DNA of 64,000 nucleotides from an uncultured Bacteroidales bacterium. Lineage in GTDB: Bacteria; Bacteroidota; Bacteroidia; Bacteroidales; ML635J-15. The translations under genes and the position numbers were made by a program. Below the pieces are notes generated by a model. That model did not search any database. It was not told the DNA's origin and was given only the letters and a program-made list of their open reading frames with translations. Of this stretch, positions 19,988 to 32,296 are shown piece by piece. The DNA lies in contig CALDKB010000049.1 in assembly GCA_937899245.1 (NCBI GenBank), forward strand, positions 133,101-197,100, read 5' to 3'. How positions within the stretch are numbered: the stretch's first letter is position 1; each line of letters opens with the position of its first letter.

Positions 19988-21012
19988 GATATAGTATTTT
20001 GGCAATATTATTTGCGATTGCAATATCGGCCTTAGCATTGTCTTGCAATGATGGTGACAAGAACAATGAAAAAGACAAGTCAGACAAGAATAAACATGTC
20101 GATTCGGATTCCTTGTTGTCGCAATGGAACTACAGCAACGATTCAGGTGAAGTGGCCATGATGGTTTTCGGTGAAAATGGTGAGTGCGACTATGTAGTTG
20201 ATCGTCCCGAAAACGTATTTCTAAAGACTTCGACAGGAATAGAATATAAGATTGTAAAAGCTTCTAAGTCAAGACGTACACCTCAGATAGGCGACATTTT
20301 GTACATGGACATGACATACAGGACGGAAAAAACTGATTCCTTGTTGTTTTCAAGTAAAGATTTAAACGAGGAATTTAAGTTGCGTATGTCAGCACCTGCT
20401 GCAAAAGGTTGTATCGAAGAAGCATTTTTGCTACTGCATGAAGGCGATAGTGCTGTTATAAAGGTCGACGCCATCGATTTTTTCATCAAATCACAAGGCA
20501 AGATTAACATACCTGCATTTATAAATAAAGGCGAACGCCTTGTGTTTAATGTGAAACTGAAGAAAATTGTTTCGAGTGTCGACTATGCAAAAGCAAATAA
20601 AGATGTGTATAAGAAGAGGATAGAGGAGGAGAACAGCATGATAAACAGGTTCCTCATGAATATGAACTATCCGAAAAGAAAAACCGACAGCGGTTTGCAC
20701 ATATTGACTATCAGCGGTGGAACCGGAAAGAAACCAAGTGTCGGCAGTACGGTTAAGATTGACTATACAGCGGCATTCATTGACGGATCCGTATTCGACT
20801 CCACGTTGGAACGTTCGGAACCATTTTCTTTTGTTACAGGGAAAAAACAAGTAATTGAAGGTCTTGATGAAGCCGTCATGAACATGTGCGTAGGCGAACA
20901 TTGCCTTGTCGTGATTCCATTCCGACTGGCTTACGGCGACCAGAAATACGGTAATATAATTCCACCATTTAGTACGTTAGTATTTGAAATAGAACTACTT
21001 GATGCAAAATAA
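19984..21012 (+). CDS. FKBP-type peptidyl-prolyl cis-trans isomerase (two FKBP-like modules)
   Basis: The C-terminal module reads GSTVKIDYTAAFIDGSVFDST...VIEGLDEAVMNMCVGEHCLVVIPFRLAYG...LVFEIELLDA. There is a 4-nt overlap with the upstream gene. Confidence 0.82.
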   Translation: MRYSILAILFAIAISALALSCNDGDKNNEKDKSDKNKHVDSDSLLSQWNYSNDSGEVAMMVFGENGECDYVVDRPENVFLKTSTGIEYKIVKASKSRRTPQIGDILYMDMTYRTEKTDSLLFSSKDLNEEFKLRMSAPAAKGCIEEAFLLLHEGDSAVIKVDAIDFFIKSQGKINIPAFINKGERLVFNVKLKKIVSSVDYAKANKDVYKKRIEEENSMINRFLMNMNYPKRKTDSGLHILTISGGTGKKPSVGSTVKIDYTAAFIDGSVFDSTLERSEPFSFVTGKKQVIEGLDEAVMNMCVGEHCLVVIPFRLAYGDQKYGNIIPPFSTLVFEIELLDAK

Positions 21013-21607
21013 GAAAAAGGAGATATTGCTGTATTTCGGTTCGTTCAATCCAATTCATATTGGACATATGGCTATAGCGAACTATCTTGTAGAATACACC
21101 AATGTTGACGAATTGTGGTTCGTTGTAACACCACATAATCCGCTGAAAAAATCATCCACACTAATAGACGATCGCGTCAGACAGCATCTGGTGCAACTGG
21201 CAATTGATTCGTATCCGAAGTTTAGAGTTTCGGACATTGAGTTTTATTTGCCGAAGCCAAATTATACGGTAACGACGTTGGCTTATTTGTCGGAAAAATT
21301 TCCAGACTACAATTTTAGCATATTGATTGGCGGAGATAATTTGGCATCGTTTCATAAATGGAAAAACTACGAAGTAATTTTAAGGAATTATAAATTGTAT
21401 GTTTACCGTAGACCAGGCTATGAAATCGTTGAATATGAAAATTCCAATATTGAAATTGTCGACGCTCCGCTAATTGAAATCTCATCAAGTTTTATTCGCG
21501 AGTCGATTGGCAATGGCAAGGATGTTAGATTTTTTATGCCGCCAAAAGTTTCAGAATATATTGAACAGATGGGATATTGGAAAGAAAGGAAATCATTATC
21601 CGATTAA
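21002..21607 (+). CDS. nadD: Nicotinate-nucleotide adenylyltransferase
   Basis: GSFNPIHIGH (the H/TxGH motif), ISSSFIR (ISSTxxR-like) and a ~200 aa length. The start overlaps the end of the third FKBP gene. Confidence 0.9.
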   Translation: MQNKKKEILLYFGSFNPIHIGHMAIANYLVEYTNVDELWFVVTPHNPLKKSSTLIDDRVRQHLVQLAIDSYPKFRVSDIEFYLPKPNYTVTTLAYLSEKFPDYNFSILIGGDNLASFHKWKNYEVILRNYKLYVYRRPGYEIVEYENSNIEIVDAPLIEISSSFIRESIGNGKDVRFFMPPKVSEYIEQMGYWKERKSLSD

Positions 21608-21744
21608 ATCATGTTACGAAAAATTTCAAAGCAAGGGAGAACCTTATTTTTGTTTTTTCACATGTTATTTGACATAATATAAATTATAAGACAAATAAGG
21701 GTGAAATATCTAAAGCCATTATGGTTGCCATATTTGCGCGCGGC

Positions 21745-22572
21745 TTATGGCTCGACCATGAAATTTATATAGAAATTGTATTTGGAATCTAGTTGCTTTT
21801 CATTTATGGTTTCGCTGTCGCAGAAATTGTCAAGAGTCAATTCCGATTTTTCATACACAGGAATTACAACGTCATAAATTCGTTCAACAACTTTAACTTC
21901 GTTATCTCTTGTAAAAGTAATCTTTTGTGGAATCCAGCCAGTGCCACCAATTTGAATATAATTTTCTATATCAATCTGGTATATGTGTCCATCTTTGTTT
22001 TTGATATATTTCACTGGAAATAGCGTCTTCGAGTCAAACCATATTTGACTGCTGTCGGCATATTTATCTGAATACTCAGGAATTCCAACAATGTAAAAAT
22101 TATCATCGTTTCTGTTATAACGGCAAAATTCCGAAATATTTACCTCATTTAGTTCTTCAAGACGGCTCATGATATCTTTTTTCGTAGAATTGAAAATATC
22201 CATGGCTGTTAATATAAAGTCGTTATTGGCAGGATGTTGTGAGGTTAACAAGCCGTTTGTAAACGTGAAAACGCTGTCGTTTTTATGAATATATCCGTTA
22301 TTGTTTTGGATGTCGGTCTTTATGATAGATTGTGCAGGATAAACATATTCGCCGCTGTAAGTGCTTCGTTTCTCGACGTTTCCATCTTTCATTTTTGTTA
22401 CCGAAAGCATAAATCTGACATCAGTAAACCAAGAGCCGTAATATTGTTTTTCGATTGCTGCGAACAGAGATTCAGAAGAATTAATTCCTGTAGAACACGA
22501 ATTTGCCATAACCATCAATGTCATGGCAAAAACAATCGGGATAATATTCTTAAAGCGCGAAAAAATAAGCAT
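21745..22572 (-). CDS. Hypothetical lipoprotein
   Basis: 275-aa ORF with a signal peptide and lipobox (MTLMVMANSC). No recognised domain. The start overlaps the hutI stop. Confidence 0.55.
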   Translation of the reverse strand: MLIFSRFKNIIPIVFAMTLMVMANSCSTGINSSESLFAAIEKQYYGSWFTDVRFMLSVTKMKDGNVEKRSTYSGEYVYPAQSIIKTDIQNNNGYIHKNDSVFTFTNGLLTSQHPANNDFILTAMDIFNSTKKDIMSRLEELNEVNISEFCRYNRNDDNFYIVGIPEYSDKYADSSQIWFDSKTLFPVKYIKNKDGHIYQIDIENYIQIGGTGWIPQKITFTRDNEVKVVERIYDVVIPVYEKSELTLDNFCDSETINEKQLDSKYNFYINFMVEP

Positions 22573-23822
22573 TAGATAATTTCGCCGTTAAGTATAATCG
22601 TATCGATTAAGTCGCTGCAATAAGCGTATGGCATAAATTCGATTGAAGGAATATCCTTTGTAATAAACAAGTTAGCTTTTTTACCTACAGTAATACTGCC
22701 GGCTATGTCGCTGACACCCATTGCGTATGCGGAATTCAAAGTGGCGGCAATTATAGCTTCCTCCGGAAGCATTTTGTAGTTGACACAAGCCAATGACATC
22801 ATGAACTTCATGTTTCCGGCAGGAGAAGAGCCCGGATTATAGTCGGAAGCGATAGCAACAGGAAGCCCCGCTCCTATCATCTTACGTGCCGGTGCGTATG
22901 GCATATTCAAGAAAAAGGCTGCGCCAGGAAGTATTGTCGGCATAGTTTCGCTATCCTTCAAAATTTCAATTTCTTCGTCTCCTGTATATTCGATGTGGTC
23001 AACAGACAGAGCATTATATTTAACACCCACCTGTATTCCACCAGACTTGGCCATTTCATTAGCATGAATCTTAGGTCTCATGCCATATTTTATGCCTGCC
23101 ATTAAGATGCGCTCAGTCTGTTCTGTAGTGAAAAATCCCTTGTCGCAGAAAACGTCGACATAGTCGGCCAGGTCCTCTGCTGCAACAAGCGGTAACATTT
23201 CGTTGATAATCTTGTCGACATAAGCATCCGGATCGTCCTTAAATTCTGTTGGAACGCCATGTGCGCCCAAGAATGTGGACTTTATTATTATAGGTGTAGT
23301 TTCCTTTATTCGCTTAATGACGCGCAACATTTTAAGTTCGCTTTCTGTATCAAGGCCATAACCGCTTTTAATTTCAACAGCGCCAGTGCCGAACGAAATT
23401 ATTTCGTTAATTCGTTCCATCGCTTGTCTGTAAAGTTCATCTTCGCTTGTGTTTCTTAATCTTTCTGCCGAATTAAGAATGCCGCCTCCGCGTTTTGCAA
23501 TCTGTTCGTAGCTCAGGCCTCTAATTTTGTCGCTGTATTCGATTTCGCGACTGCCCGCATAAACAAGATGTGTATGTGAGTCGCAAAATGACGGGAATAC
23601 CATCTTTCCTGTAGCATCCACTTCAATGCTCTTGTCGTCGTCGTCATCCCAGTTTGGATTCAGTTCGGACATTTTGCCGTAAGCGGCTATTTTATCATCG
23701 TTTATAATCAAATATGCATCCTTGATTGTCTGAAGTTTAGACATTTCATCTCCTTTTGCCAAAAGACGTCCGCTTTCGTCAACATTTACAAGTTCCTTTA
23801 TGTTACTTATTAAAGTTTTCAT
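22572..23822 (-). CDS. hutI: Imidazolonepropionase
   Basis: Amidohydrolase-fold motifs FCDSHTHLVYAG, KIHANE and VAIASDYNPGSSP. At 416 aa the length is typical of HutI. Confidence 0.9.
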   Translation of the reverse strand: MKTLISNIKELVNVDESGRLLAKGDEMSKLQTIKDAYLIINDDKIAAYGKMSELNPNWDDDDDKSIEVDATGKMVFPSFCDSHTHLVYAGSREIEYSDKIRGLSYEQIAKRGGGILNSAERLRNTSEDELYRQAMERINEIISFGTGAVEIKSGYGLDTESELKMLRVIKRIKETTPIIIKSTFLGAHGVPTEFKDDPDAYVDKIINEMLPLVAAEDLADYVDVFCDKGFFTTEQTERILMAGIKYGMRPKIHANEMAKSGGIQVGVKYNALSVDHIEYTGDEEIEILKDSETMPTILPGAAFFLNMPYAPARKMIGAGLPVAIASDYNPGSSPAGNMKFMMSLACVNYKMLPEEAIIAATLNSAYAMGVSDIAGSITVGKKANLFITKDIPSIEFMPYAYCSDLIDTIILNGEII

Positions 23823-23833
23823 GCTACTTATAT

Positions 23834-24133
23834 TTACCTTACAATAATTTCATCTATGGTGTCGTGTCCAACGGCTTGGTTGAGCTTATAGGTCAACTGG
23901 CTGCGGATCATCATGATTTCGCTGCGGATAATTGCTGAATTTAATTTGACATACATTTTCCTGCCGTTGATATTGATGTCTTCAGTGGCATTGGCGACAA
24001 ATTCACCTGCTACGTCCTTCCATGAGGATTTAATCTTTTGTTTGTAGTAACCATCAGCCAATGAGGAATTTGCAGCAATAACGGCTGCCAATATCGTACC
24101 AATATGCTTCTCTCCTTGCCTATCCATTTGCAA
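23834..24133 (-). CDS. Small conserved protein (DUF721-like)
   Basis: 99-aa ORF with its own TATCTTTG box. The family call is based on size and general composition only. Confidence 0.45.
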   Translation of the reverse strand: MQMDRQGEKHIGTILAAVIAANSSLADGYYKQKIKSSWKDVAGEFVANATEDININGRKMYVKLNSAIIRSEIMMIRSQLTYKLNQAVGHDTIDEIIVR

Positions 24134-24148
24134 TTGCTATATGACTTG

Positions 24149-24156
24149 CAAAGATA
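24149..24156 (-). promoter_or_regulatory. -7 promoter box TATCTTTG for the 23834-24133 gene
   Basis: TAnnTTTG match on the minus strand, 16 nt upstream of ATG 24133. Confidence 0.4.
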
Positions 24157-24433
24157 TGAAAAACCAAGTTATATTCAAAGTCATAAAAGAAGAATATTTC
24201 TTTGCTGATAAGACAATATTCAGTAATTTCGCAATTTAAAATTGAATTGAGTTATCGACTATAAATGCTAAATTATAATGGCTGGCAATAAAAATATGAA
24301 ATTGCATGTTCTTGACATAATGCCGAAGCGTATGTCGTATGTTGCCGGCAGCAACGACAAGAAGCGAAATTTACTCTTCATCCGCAACTTACGGATGACA
24401 ATATAATTGATTACACACTTAATTATTCTATTT

Positions 24434-26308
24434 ATGGACGAATTATTAAACACTGAAAAACCTATCGAGGACGAAGTTGTTGAAACATCAGTTGTTTCAG
24501 AAGTTGAACAAGCGGAAGTTGCAGAAACAGAAACTTTAACGGAAGAAGTTCAGAAAGCCGAAGAAGCACCGGAAGACTTCTCGAATCTTACAAAAGATGA
24601 GATCCTTGAAAAAATTCGCTATTACATTCACGATTCAGGCAAGGAAGATTGCAAGGCAGAAATTGACAGCCTTCGCAAATTGTATTATGAAAGACAGCGC
24701 GAAGAATTTGCCGCAATAATGAAAGATTTGAAGGCAAAGGCAGGTGAAGGTGTTGAAATTGAAAAGCCGAAGGATTCAACTGAGGACTATTTTAACGAAC
24801 TTATCGAAGATTACCGCAAGCAGAGAGCCGAACTTGTTCGTAAGCAGGAAGAAATTAAGGAAAAGAACTACGAGGCAAAGCTTGCAATTATAGAAAAGAT
24901 TAAGCAGCTGGGCAACAGCGAATCTGTTTCGCAGTCGCACAACGACTTCAAGGCATTGCAAAAGGAATGGTCGGAGATTGGCCCTGTTCCAGCTGAAAAG
25001 AACAAGGATTTGTGGGAGACCTACAAAGCTAATGTATCTAATTATTATGAGCTGCTGAAGATAAACAACGAACTACGCGCTCTGGATTACAAGAAAAATC
25101 TGGAGCAGAAAATCGTTCTATGCGAAAAGATGGAAGAACTGCTTCTTGAACCAAGCATAATAACCGCTTATCGCAAGTCTATAGAATTGTTCAAGGAATG
25201 GAAGGAAATCGGTCCGGTATCAAACGACAAGCGCGAAGAAATATGGGAAAGATTTAACGAAGTTCGTACGAAAATCTTCAACAACTTCCAAGAGTATAAC
25301 GAAAAGCAGAAAGCAGAAAGAGAAACCAACTACGAACAGAAGATTCTCCTGTGCGAAAAGGTTGAGGCAATGGTTGCAGAAGAGGCTTTGCCAAAAAGCG
25401 GCAAGGACTGGGTTGTAATGTCGCAGAAGATTCTTGAAATACAGGCAGTTTGGAAAACCATAGGTATGGTTCCGACTTCGGTTAACACCGAAATTTATGA
25501 AAGATTCAGAACTTCTTGCAATAAGTTTTTCGAGTTGAAGAAAGAATATTTCGACAAGATGAACAATGACTTGACTGAAAACCTGCGCAAAAAGACTGAA
25601 TTGTGCATTACTGCAGAATCGATTCAGGACAGCACCGACTGGAAGAAAACAACAGAAATGTTCTATGACTTGCAGAAGAAGTGGAAAGAAATCGGACCTG
25701 CACCCAAGAAGCATTCCGACCAGATTTGGGGACGTTTCAGAGCTGCATGCAACAAGTTCTTCGATGCAAAGAATAATTTCTACTCGAATATTGAGGCAGA
25801 ACATCAGATGAACCTAGACAAGAAGCAGAATCTAATTGCAGAAGTTAATGCTTATGTTCCTGTCGAAGATCAAACTCAAAACATTGAGAAGATCAAGGAG
25901 TTCAGGACTCGCTGGAACGAAATCGGCTATGTTGCTACAAGCGACAAGGATCGTCTGTACAATGAGTTTAAGGAAGCTATCAACAAGATTTTTGCAACAG
26001 TAAACCTCAACAAGAACGACATGGAATTGTCGGCATATAGTTCTCAGGTTGAACTTCTTAAGGAAACTGGTGAAGTTGCTGCATTGCAAAAAGAAAGAGC
26101 AGGCATAGTTCGTAAGATTCAAGATTTGACAACCGAAATATCTCAGATTGAAAACAATCTAGGTTTCTTCGGCAATGGTTCGGAAGCTATTGTTAACGAG
26201 TACAAAAGAAAGATATCAAAGATTAAAAACGAAATTTCTGTTCTAAAGGAAAAGAAAAAAGCGATAGACATTGCAGAGAGAGAAGTTAAAGGACAGAATA
26301 ATGAATAA
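24434..26308 (+). CDS. DUF349 repeat protein
   Basis: At least five copies of the W(K/S/N)EIGPVP...(I/L)W(E/G)RF repeat, for example EWSEIGPVPAEKNKDLWETY, EWKEIGPVSNDKREEIWERF and KWKEIGPAPKKHSDQIWGRF. The N-terminus is acidic. Confidence 0.8.
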   Translation: MDELLNTEKPIEDEVVETSVVSEVEQAEVAETETLTEEVQKAEEAPEDFSNLTKDEILEKIRYYIHDSGKEDCKAEIDSLRKLYYERQREEFAAIMKDLKAKAGEGVEIEKPKDSTEDYFNELIEDYRKQRAELVRKQEEIKEKNYEAKLAIIEKIKQLGNSESVSQSHNDFKALQKEWSEIGPVPAEKNKDLWETYKANVSNYYELLKINNELRALDYKKNLEQKIVLCEKMEELLLEPSIITAYRKSIELFKEWKEIGPVSNDKREEIWERFNEVRTKIFNNFQEYNEKQKAERETNYEQKILLCEKVEAMVAEEALPKSGKDWVVMSQKILEIQAVWKTIGMVPTSVNTEIYERFRTSCNKFFELKKEYFDKMNNDLTENLRKKTELCITAESIQDSTDWKKTTEMFYDLQKKWKEIGPAPKKHSDQIWGRFRAACNKFFDAKNNFYSNIEAEHQMNLDKKQNLIAEVNAYVPVEDQTQNIEKIKEFRTRWNEIGYVATSDKDRLYNEFKEAINKIFATVNLNKNDMELSAYSSQVELLKETGEVAALQKERAGIVRKIQDLTTEISQIENNLGFFGNGSEAIVNEYKRKISKIKNEISVLKEKKKAIDIAEREVKGQNNE

Positions 26309-28622
26309 AACTTTAGCATTCATAGTTTGCGTGGTTGCGCTATTGCTTAGCACAACCAAGCTATATTCTCAAACGGGAACTCTTAAGGGGTTTGTCCATG
26401 ACAAGGAAACCGGAGAGCCATGTATGTTCGCCAACGTGTCGATACCTACGGGCAACATTGTTCTCGGGGCTTCAACCGACATGAATGGTTATTTTTCCAT
26501 ACCAAAAATTCCCGTTGGCACTCATCATGTTGTAATTAGTTACCTCGGATATAATGATATAGATGCCGAATTCACAATTGTCAAGGAAGGACAACTCATT
26601 TCGAAGAATTTCCAGATGGAGAAATCGGCTGTAGTGCTTCAGGAAACTGTTATTTCAGCGGAACGGGAAGAACAGCAGACTCAAGTAAGAGCATCTATCA
26701 TAAAGGTGTCACCTGCACAAATAAAGCAGCTGCCTTCTGTTGGCGGTGAACCCGATATAGCTCAGTTCCTGCAAGTGCTTCCCGGTGTTACTTTCACAGG
26801 TGACCAAGGCGGACAATTGTATATTCGTGGCGGTTCCAACATCCAGAATCTTGTGCTGATTGACGGAATGACAATATACAATCCTTTCCACTCAATCGGC
26901 TTGTTTTCGGTCTTCGATTCCGACATAATTAGAAACGCTGATGTTTATACGGGAGGTTTTAATGCTGAATTCGGAGGCAGAAACTCTTCGGTCATGAACA
27001 TTACGATGAAGGACGGAAACGCCAAGAAGTTCAGCGGCAAATTTTCAGCCAGCACTTTCGGCTCAAAGCTTATGCTCGAAGGTCCTATCGTCAAGTATAT
27101 GGAAGGAAAAACCAGCTTGTCGTACATTTTGTCGGCAAAGACTTCGTATCTGGAACAGACATCTAAATATATTTATAAGTATATAAACGATGGTCAGGGC
27201 CTACCCTTCAACTATACCGACCTCTACGGCAAATTGTCGTTAATGTCTCCAGGCGGAAGCAGAGTGAATGTTTTCGGGTTTAACTTTAACGACAATGTTA
27301 GTTATCAGGGGTTAAGCGATTTGCATTGGCGCACATATGGTGTTGGCGCAAATGTAACCGTTGTTCCACCAAACTCATCGATGATGCTTAAGGCACATGC
27401 CTCCTACTCCAATTATGCCATTTCATTGCAGGCATTGGAAAACTATCCTAGCGCCAGTTCGATTAACGGATTTAATGTAGGTCTTGACTTCATCTACCAC
27501 ATGGGAAAGAACGATTTCACATGGGGACTTGAAATGCTTGGCTTCGACACCGACTACAGGTACTATAATTCTGTAGGTAGCGAATATTCGCAGGAAGAAT
27601 ACAGTACCGAGCTTGCTGCTTTTGCTAAATACAAGTGGAATTTAGGAAGCATTGTGATTGAGCCCGGATTCCGTTTGCACTACTATGCATCAATGGGTTC
27701 CCTATCGCCAGAACCACGACTTGGTGTTAAATACAACATTGTCGAAAAGTTCAGACTGAAATTGGCAGCCGGCCTATACTCACAAAATCTTGTTGCAGCA
27801 AATAGCGACAAAGACGTTGTAAATTTGTTTTATGGATTCCTCAGCGGCAACTTGCCAAGCATGCCTAACAATTTCAAGGGCGAAATCCTTAAGACCAAGT
27901 TGCAGAAATCGGAACACGTTATCTTCGGATTCGAATGGGACATAATAAACTCGCTGAATCTTAACGTTGAAGGTTATCTCAAGCATTTTGACCAGATTAC
28001 CACAATTAATAGAAACAAAATCTACGATGACAATTCTGCTAACGCATCACGTCCCGACTATCAGAAGAAGGACTTCTTGGTTGAATCAGGTTATGCTTAT
28101 GGAGTTGATTTCCTGTTGAAATTCGATCAGGAATCGTGGTATGTCTGGGCTGTGTACTCTCTGGGTTGGGTGCGCCGCAACGATGGTGTTACGACTTATG
28201 CTCCAAACTACGACAGACGTCACAACGTAAATCTAGTCGCTACATACAAGTTTGGCAAAAAGAAGACATGGAACGTAAGCTTGAGGTGGAATTATGGATC
28301 AGGATTCCCTTTCACGCTAACATCTGCATTGTATGAAAATGTTGACTTCACAAGCGGACTTAACAGTTCGTACTGGACAAATAACGGAACATTAGGCGTT
28401 GCATATTCGGACCTTAACACAGGACGACTTCCAAATTACCATCGTCTCGACCTTACCATCAACAAGGTGTTCCTATTCACACACGACATGAAACTTGAAA
28501 TTAATCTTGGTGTAACAAATGTTTACAACCGTGCCAACATATTCTATTTCGACAGACTTGAATATAATAGAGTTGACCAGTTGCCAATTATGCCGAGCTT
28601 TGGGTTGAACTTTACATTCTAA
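26301..28622 (+). CDS. TonB-dependent receptor with N-terminal carboxypeptidase-regulatory-like domain
   Basis: Signal peptide MNKTLAFIVCVVALLLSTTKLYSQ, a CarbopepD_reg pattern GTLKGFVHDKETGEPCMFANV, a plug region (PGVTFTGDQGGQLYIRGGS...DGMTIYNP) and a C-terminal ...FGLNFTF. Confidence 0.85.
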   Translation: MNKTLAFIVCVVALLLSTTKLYSQTGTLKGFVHDKETGEPCMFANVSIPTGNIVLGASTDMNGYFSIPKIPVGTHHVVISYLGYNDIDAEFTIVKEGQLISKNFQMEKSAVVLQETVISAEREEQQTQVRASIIKVSPAQIKQLPSVGGEPDIAQFLQVLPGVTFTGDQGGQLYIRGGSNIQNLVLIDGMTIYNPFHSIGLFSVFDSDIIRNADVYTGGFNAEFGGRNSSVMNITMKDGNAKKFSGKFSASTFGSKLMLEGPIVKYMEGKTSLSYILSAKTSYLEQTSKYIYKYINDGQGLPFNYTDLYGKLSLMSPGGSRVNVFGFNFNDNVSYQGLSDLHWRTYGVGANVTVVPPNSSMMLKAHASYSNYAISLQALENYPSASSINGFNVGLDFIYHMGKNDFTWGLEMLGFDTDYRYYNSVGSEYSQEEYSTELAAFAKYKWNLGSIVIEPGFRLHYYASMGSLSPEPRLGVKYNIVEKFRLKLAAGLYSQNLVAANSDKDVVNLFYGFLSGNLPSMPNNFKGEILKTKLQKSEHVIFGFEWDIINSLNLNVEGYLKHFDQITTINRNKIYDDNSANASRPDYQKKDFLVESGYAYGVDFLLKFDQESWYVWAVYSLGWVRRNDGVTTYAPNYDRRHNVNLVATYKFGKKKTWNVSLRWNYGSGFPFTLTSALYENVDFTSGLNSSYWTNNGTLGVAYSDLNTGRLPNYHRLDLTINKVFLFTHDMKLEINLGVTNVYNRANIFYFDRLEYNRVDQLPIMPSFGLNFTF

Positions 28623-30239
<1,617 letters not shown>

Positions 30240-30242
30240 TTT

Positions 30243-32183
30243 ATGGATAAAAAAACGATAATTGGCTTTCTGCTGATAACTGTCCTGCTAATCGGATACA
30301 TGTTTCTTTCGCGTCCAAGCAAGGAGGAAATTGCTGAACGTCAAAGAATTCAGGATTCAATTTCACTTGCCCAGATGGCAGAGGCAGAAGAAAAGGCAAA
30401 GGCAGCTGCAGAACTCATGAAGCAAGAAACGGCTTCAACCGATTCCACAGAAGTTGTTGCCCTCACTGCAGAACAGCAAGACTCTATTAACCAGATTAAA
30501 CTTAAAAACGAACACGGAATTTTTGCCAACGCCGCTACTGGCGAAAACAAATACACGGTTGTTGAGAACGACAAGATGATCATCACTTTCCTCAACCGTG
30601 GAGGTAAAATCTATTCCGTCGAACTGAAGGACTACAAGACATTCAACCAAGAACCTCTTGTGCTATTTGAAAACGGAGAAAACTCTATTTTCGGTATCAC
30701 TTTGACTGCGAACAAAAAGCCGTTGGTAACCAACAACATGTATTTTGAACCATTGGTTGACGGCAAGGCATTTTCTGGAGATACCATTAAGGTTGGAGAA
30801 AAAGGTCTGAAGTTTGGAATGCGCATGTGTACTAACGATAATGCTAACAAGTACATAGAGTATGCGTACAATATCAGACAGGCCGACTACATGTTGGATT
30901 TCAGTCTCAACATAGTTGGACTTGCAGAAGAAATCAAGGATAACACCAACACCAAGATGGAATGGGTTGTTGATATGCAGGCGCTCGAAAGAGGTCGTGA
31001 CTGGGAATCGAACAACACCACGATCTTCATGCGAATGGATGACGAAGAGATTGAAAATCTTAGCGAGGTGAAGGATGCCGACAATTACGAGACAAAGGGC
31101 AAGGCACAGTGGATTGCCTACAAGCAGCAATTCTTCTCTTCGATCCTGATTTCAAACGACAGCGCTATTGCCGATCCTACAATTTCGCTGATAAAACTTG
31201 ATGAACAGGAACATCCGAACACATTGAAGACTTTCAAGTCGGAATTCTTCCTCGACTTCACCGAAGGCAAGAATGTAAAAAAAGATTTCCGTTTCTATTT
31301 TGGTCCTAACAAATATTCAGACTTGAAGGACTACGACATGGACATGGAAAAGGTCATTCCTCTTGGCTGGGGAATTTTCGGCTGGGTGAACAAATATGCC
31401 ATCATTCCAATGTTCAACCTTTTGGGACGAGGAATTACAAATTATGGTATCATTATATTGATAATGACTATAATAATCAAGCTTGTACTTTCTCCGTTGA
31501 CATACAAGTCGTATATGTCGACAGCGAAGATGAGAGTTTTGAAGCCACAGCTCGATGCCCTAGCAGAAAAATATCCTAAGGGCAAGGAAATGGAACGCCA
31601 GCAGGCACAGATGAGTTTGTACCAGCGTGCAGGTGTAAGTCCTATGGGCGGATGCTTGCCGTTGTTGCTGCAGTTCCCAATCCTTATTGCAATGTTCCGC
31701 TTCTTCCCTGCTTCTATCGAATTGCGCCAGCAGCCATTCCTTTGGGCTACAGACCTTTCTTCGTATGATGCAATTGTTGAGTGGAACGCTCATATTCCAT
31801 TGATTTCGTCGTTGTATGGTAACCATGTCAGCTTATTTGCCTTGTTGATGGCGATATCAATGCTGATCCAGCAGAAGATTACAAGCACCCAGAATGCTGG
31901 CAACTCAATGCCTGGTATGAAGTTCATGATGTATTTCATGCCTATTATGATGTTGTTCTGGTTCAACAAGTATTCTTCTGGTTTGAGCTACTACTATTTA
32001 CTTGCCAATATCTTCAGTATCCTTCAGACTTGGATAATTCAGAAGTTCGTTGTAAAGGAGGACAAACTGTTAGCTCAAATGGAAGCCAACAAGAACAAGC
32101 CAAAGAAAAAGTCGAAGTTCATGCAACGTCTTGAAGCTGCACAAAAAAAGCAACAGGAACAGTTGAAGAACAGTAAGAGATAA
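30243..32183 (+). CDS. yidC: Membrane protein insertase YidC (long Bacteroidota form)
   Basis: N-terminal TM segment, a large periplasmic domain, and the 60-kDa IMP core (LKPQLDALAEKY...MSLYQRAGVSPMGGCLPLLLQFPILIAMF). Confidence 0.95.
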   Translation: MDKKTIIGFLLITVLLIGYMFLSRPSKEEIAERQRIQDSISLAQMAEAEEKAKAAAELMKQETASTDSTEVVALTAEQQDSINQIKLKNEHGIFANAATGENKYTVVENDKMIITFLNRGGKIYSVELKDYKTFNQEPLVLFENGENSIFGITLTANKKPLVTNNMYFEPLVDGKAFSGDTIKVGEKGLKFGMRMCTNDNANKYIEYAYNIRQADYMLDFSLNIVGLAEEIKDNTNTKMEWVVDMQALERGRDWESNNTTIFMRMDDEEIENLSEVKDADNYETKGKAQWIAYKQQFFSSILISNDSAIADPTISLIKLDEQEHPNTLKTFKSEFFLDFTEGKNVKKDFRFYFGPNKYSDLKDYDMDMEKVIPLGWGIFGWVNKYAIIPMFNLLGRGITNYGIIILIMTIIIKLVLSPLTYKSYMSTAKMRVLKPQLDALAEKYPKGKEMERQQAQMSLYQRAGVSPMGGCLPLLLQFPILIAMFRFFPASIELRQQPFLWATDLSSYDAIVEWNAHIPLISSLYGNHVSLFALLMAISMLIQQKITSTQNAGNSMPGMKFMMYFMPIMMLFWFNKYSSGLSYYYLLANIFSILQTWIIQKFVVKEDKLLAQMEANKNKPKKKSKFMQRLEAAQKKQQEQLKNSKR

Positions 32184-32216
32184 AAAAAGAGCCGATGAAA
32201 GTCGGCTCTTTTTTTG
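32184..32216 (+). terminator. Bidirectional rho-independent terminator shared by yidC (+) and the type IIG-like gene (-)
   Basis: A 7-bp stem GAGCCGA (32189-32195) / TCGGCTC (32202-32208), flanked by an A7 run upstream and a T7 run downstream. Confidence 0.8.
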
Positions 32217-32296
32217 TTGCTCGCCGTCATTCCTAAAAGCAATTCGAACCAACAAAGAAAATAAGTTCGTTTGTCTAGAATGACAATGTAAAGATT

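Noticed and set aside
25220-25804. 194-aa minus-strand ORF
   Set aside because: It is antisense to the DUF349 repeat gene, and its composition mirrors the Lys/Glu-rich sense strand.
24434-26308. Periodic repeats that might indicate a repeat array
   Set aside because: The periodicity is at protein level (DUF349 repeats of about 75 aa) with diverged DNA. It is not a CRISPR array or mobile-element repeat.
30663-31130. 155-aa minus-strand ORF and neighbours inside yidC
   Set aside because: They are antisense to yidC, with no motifs or signals.
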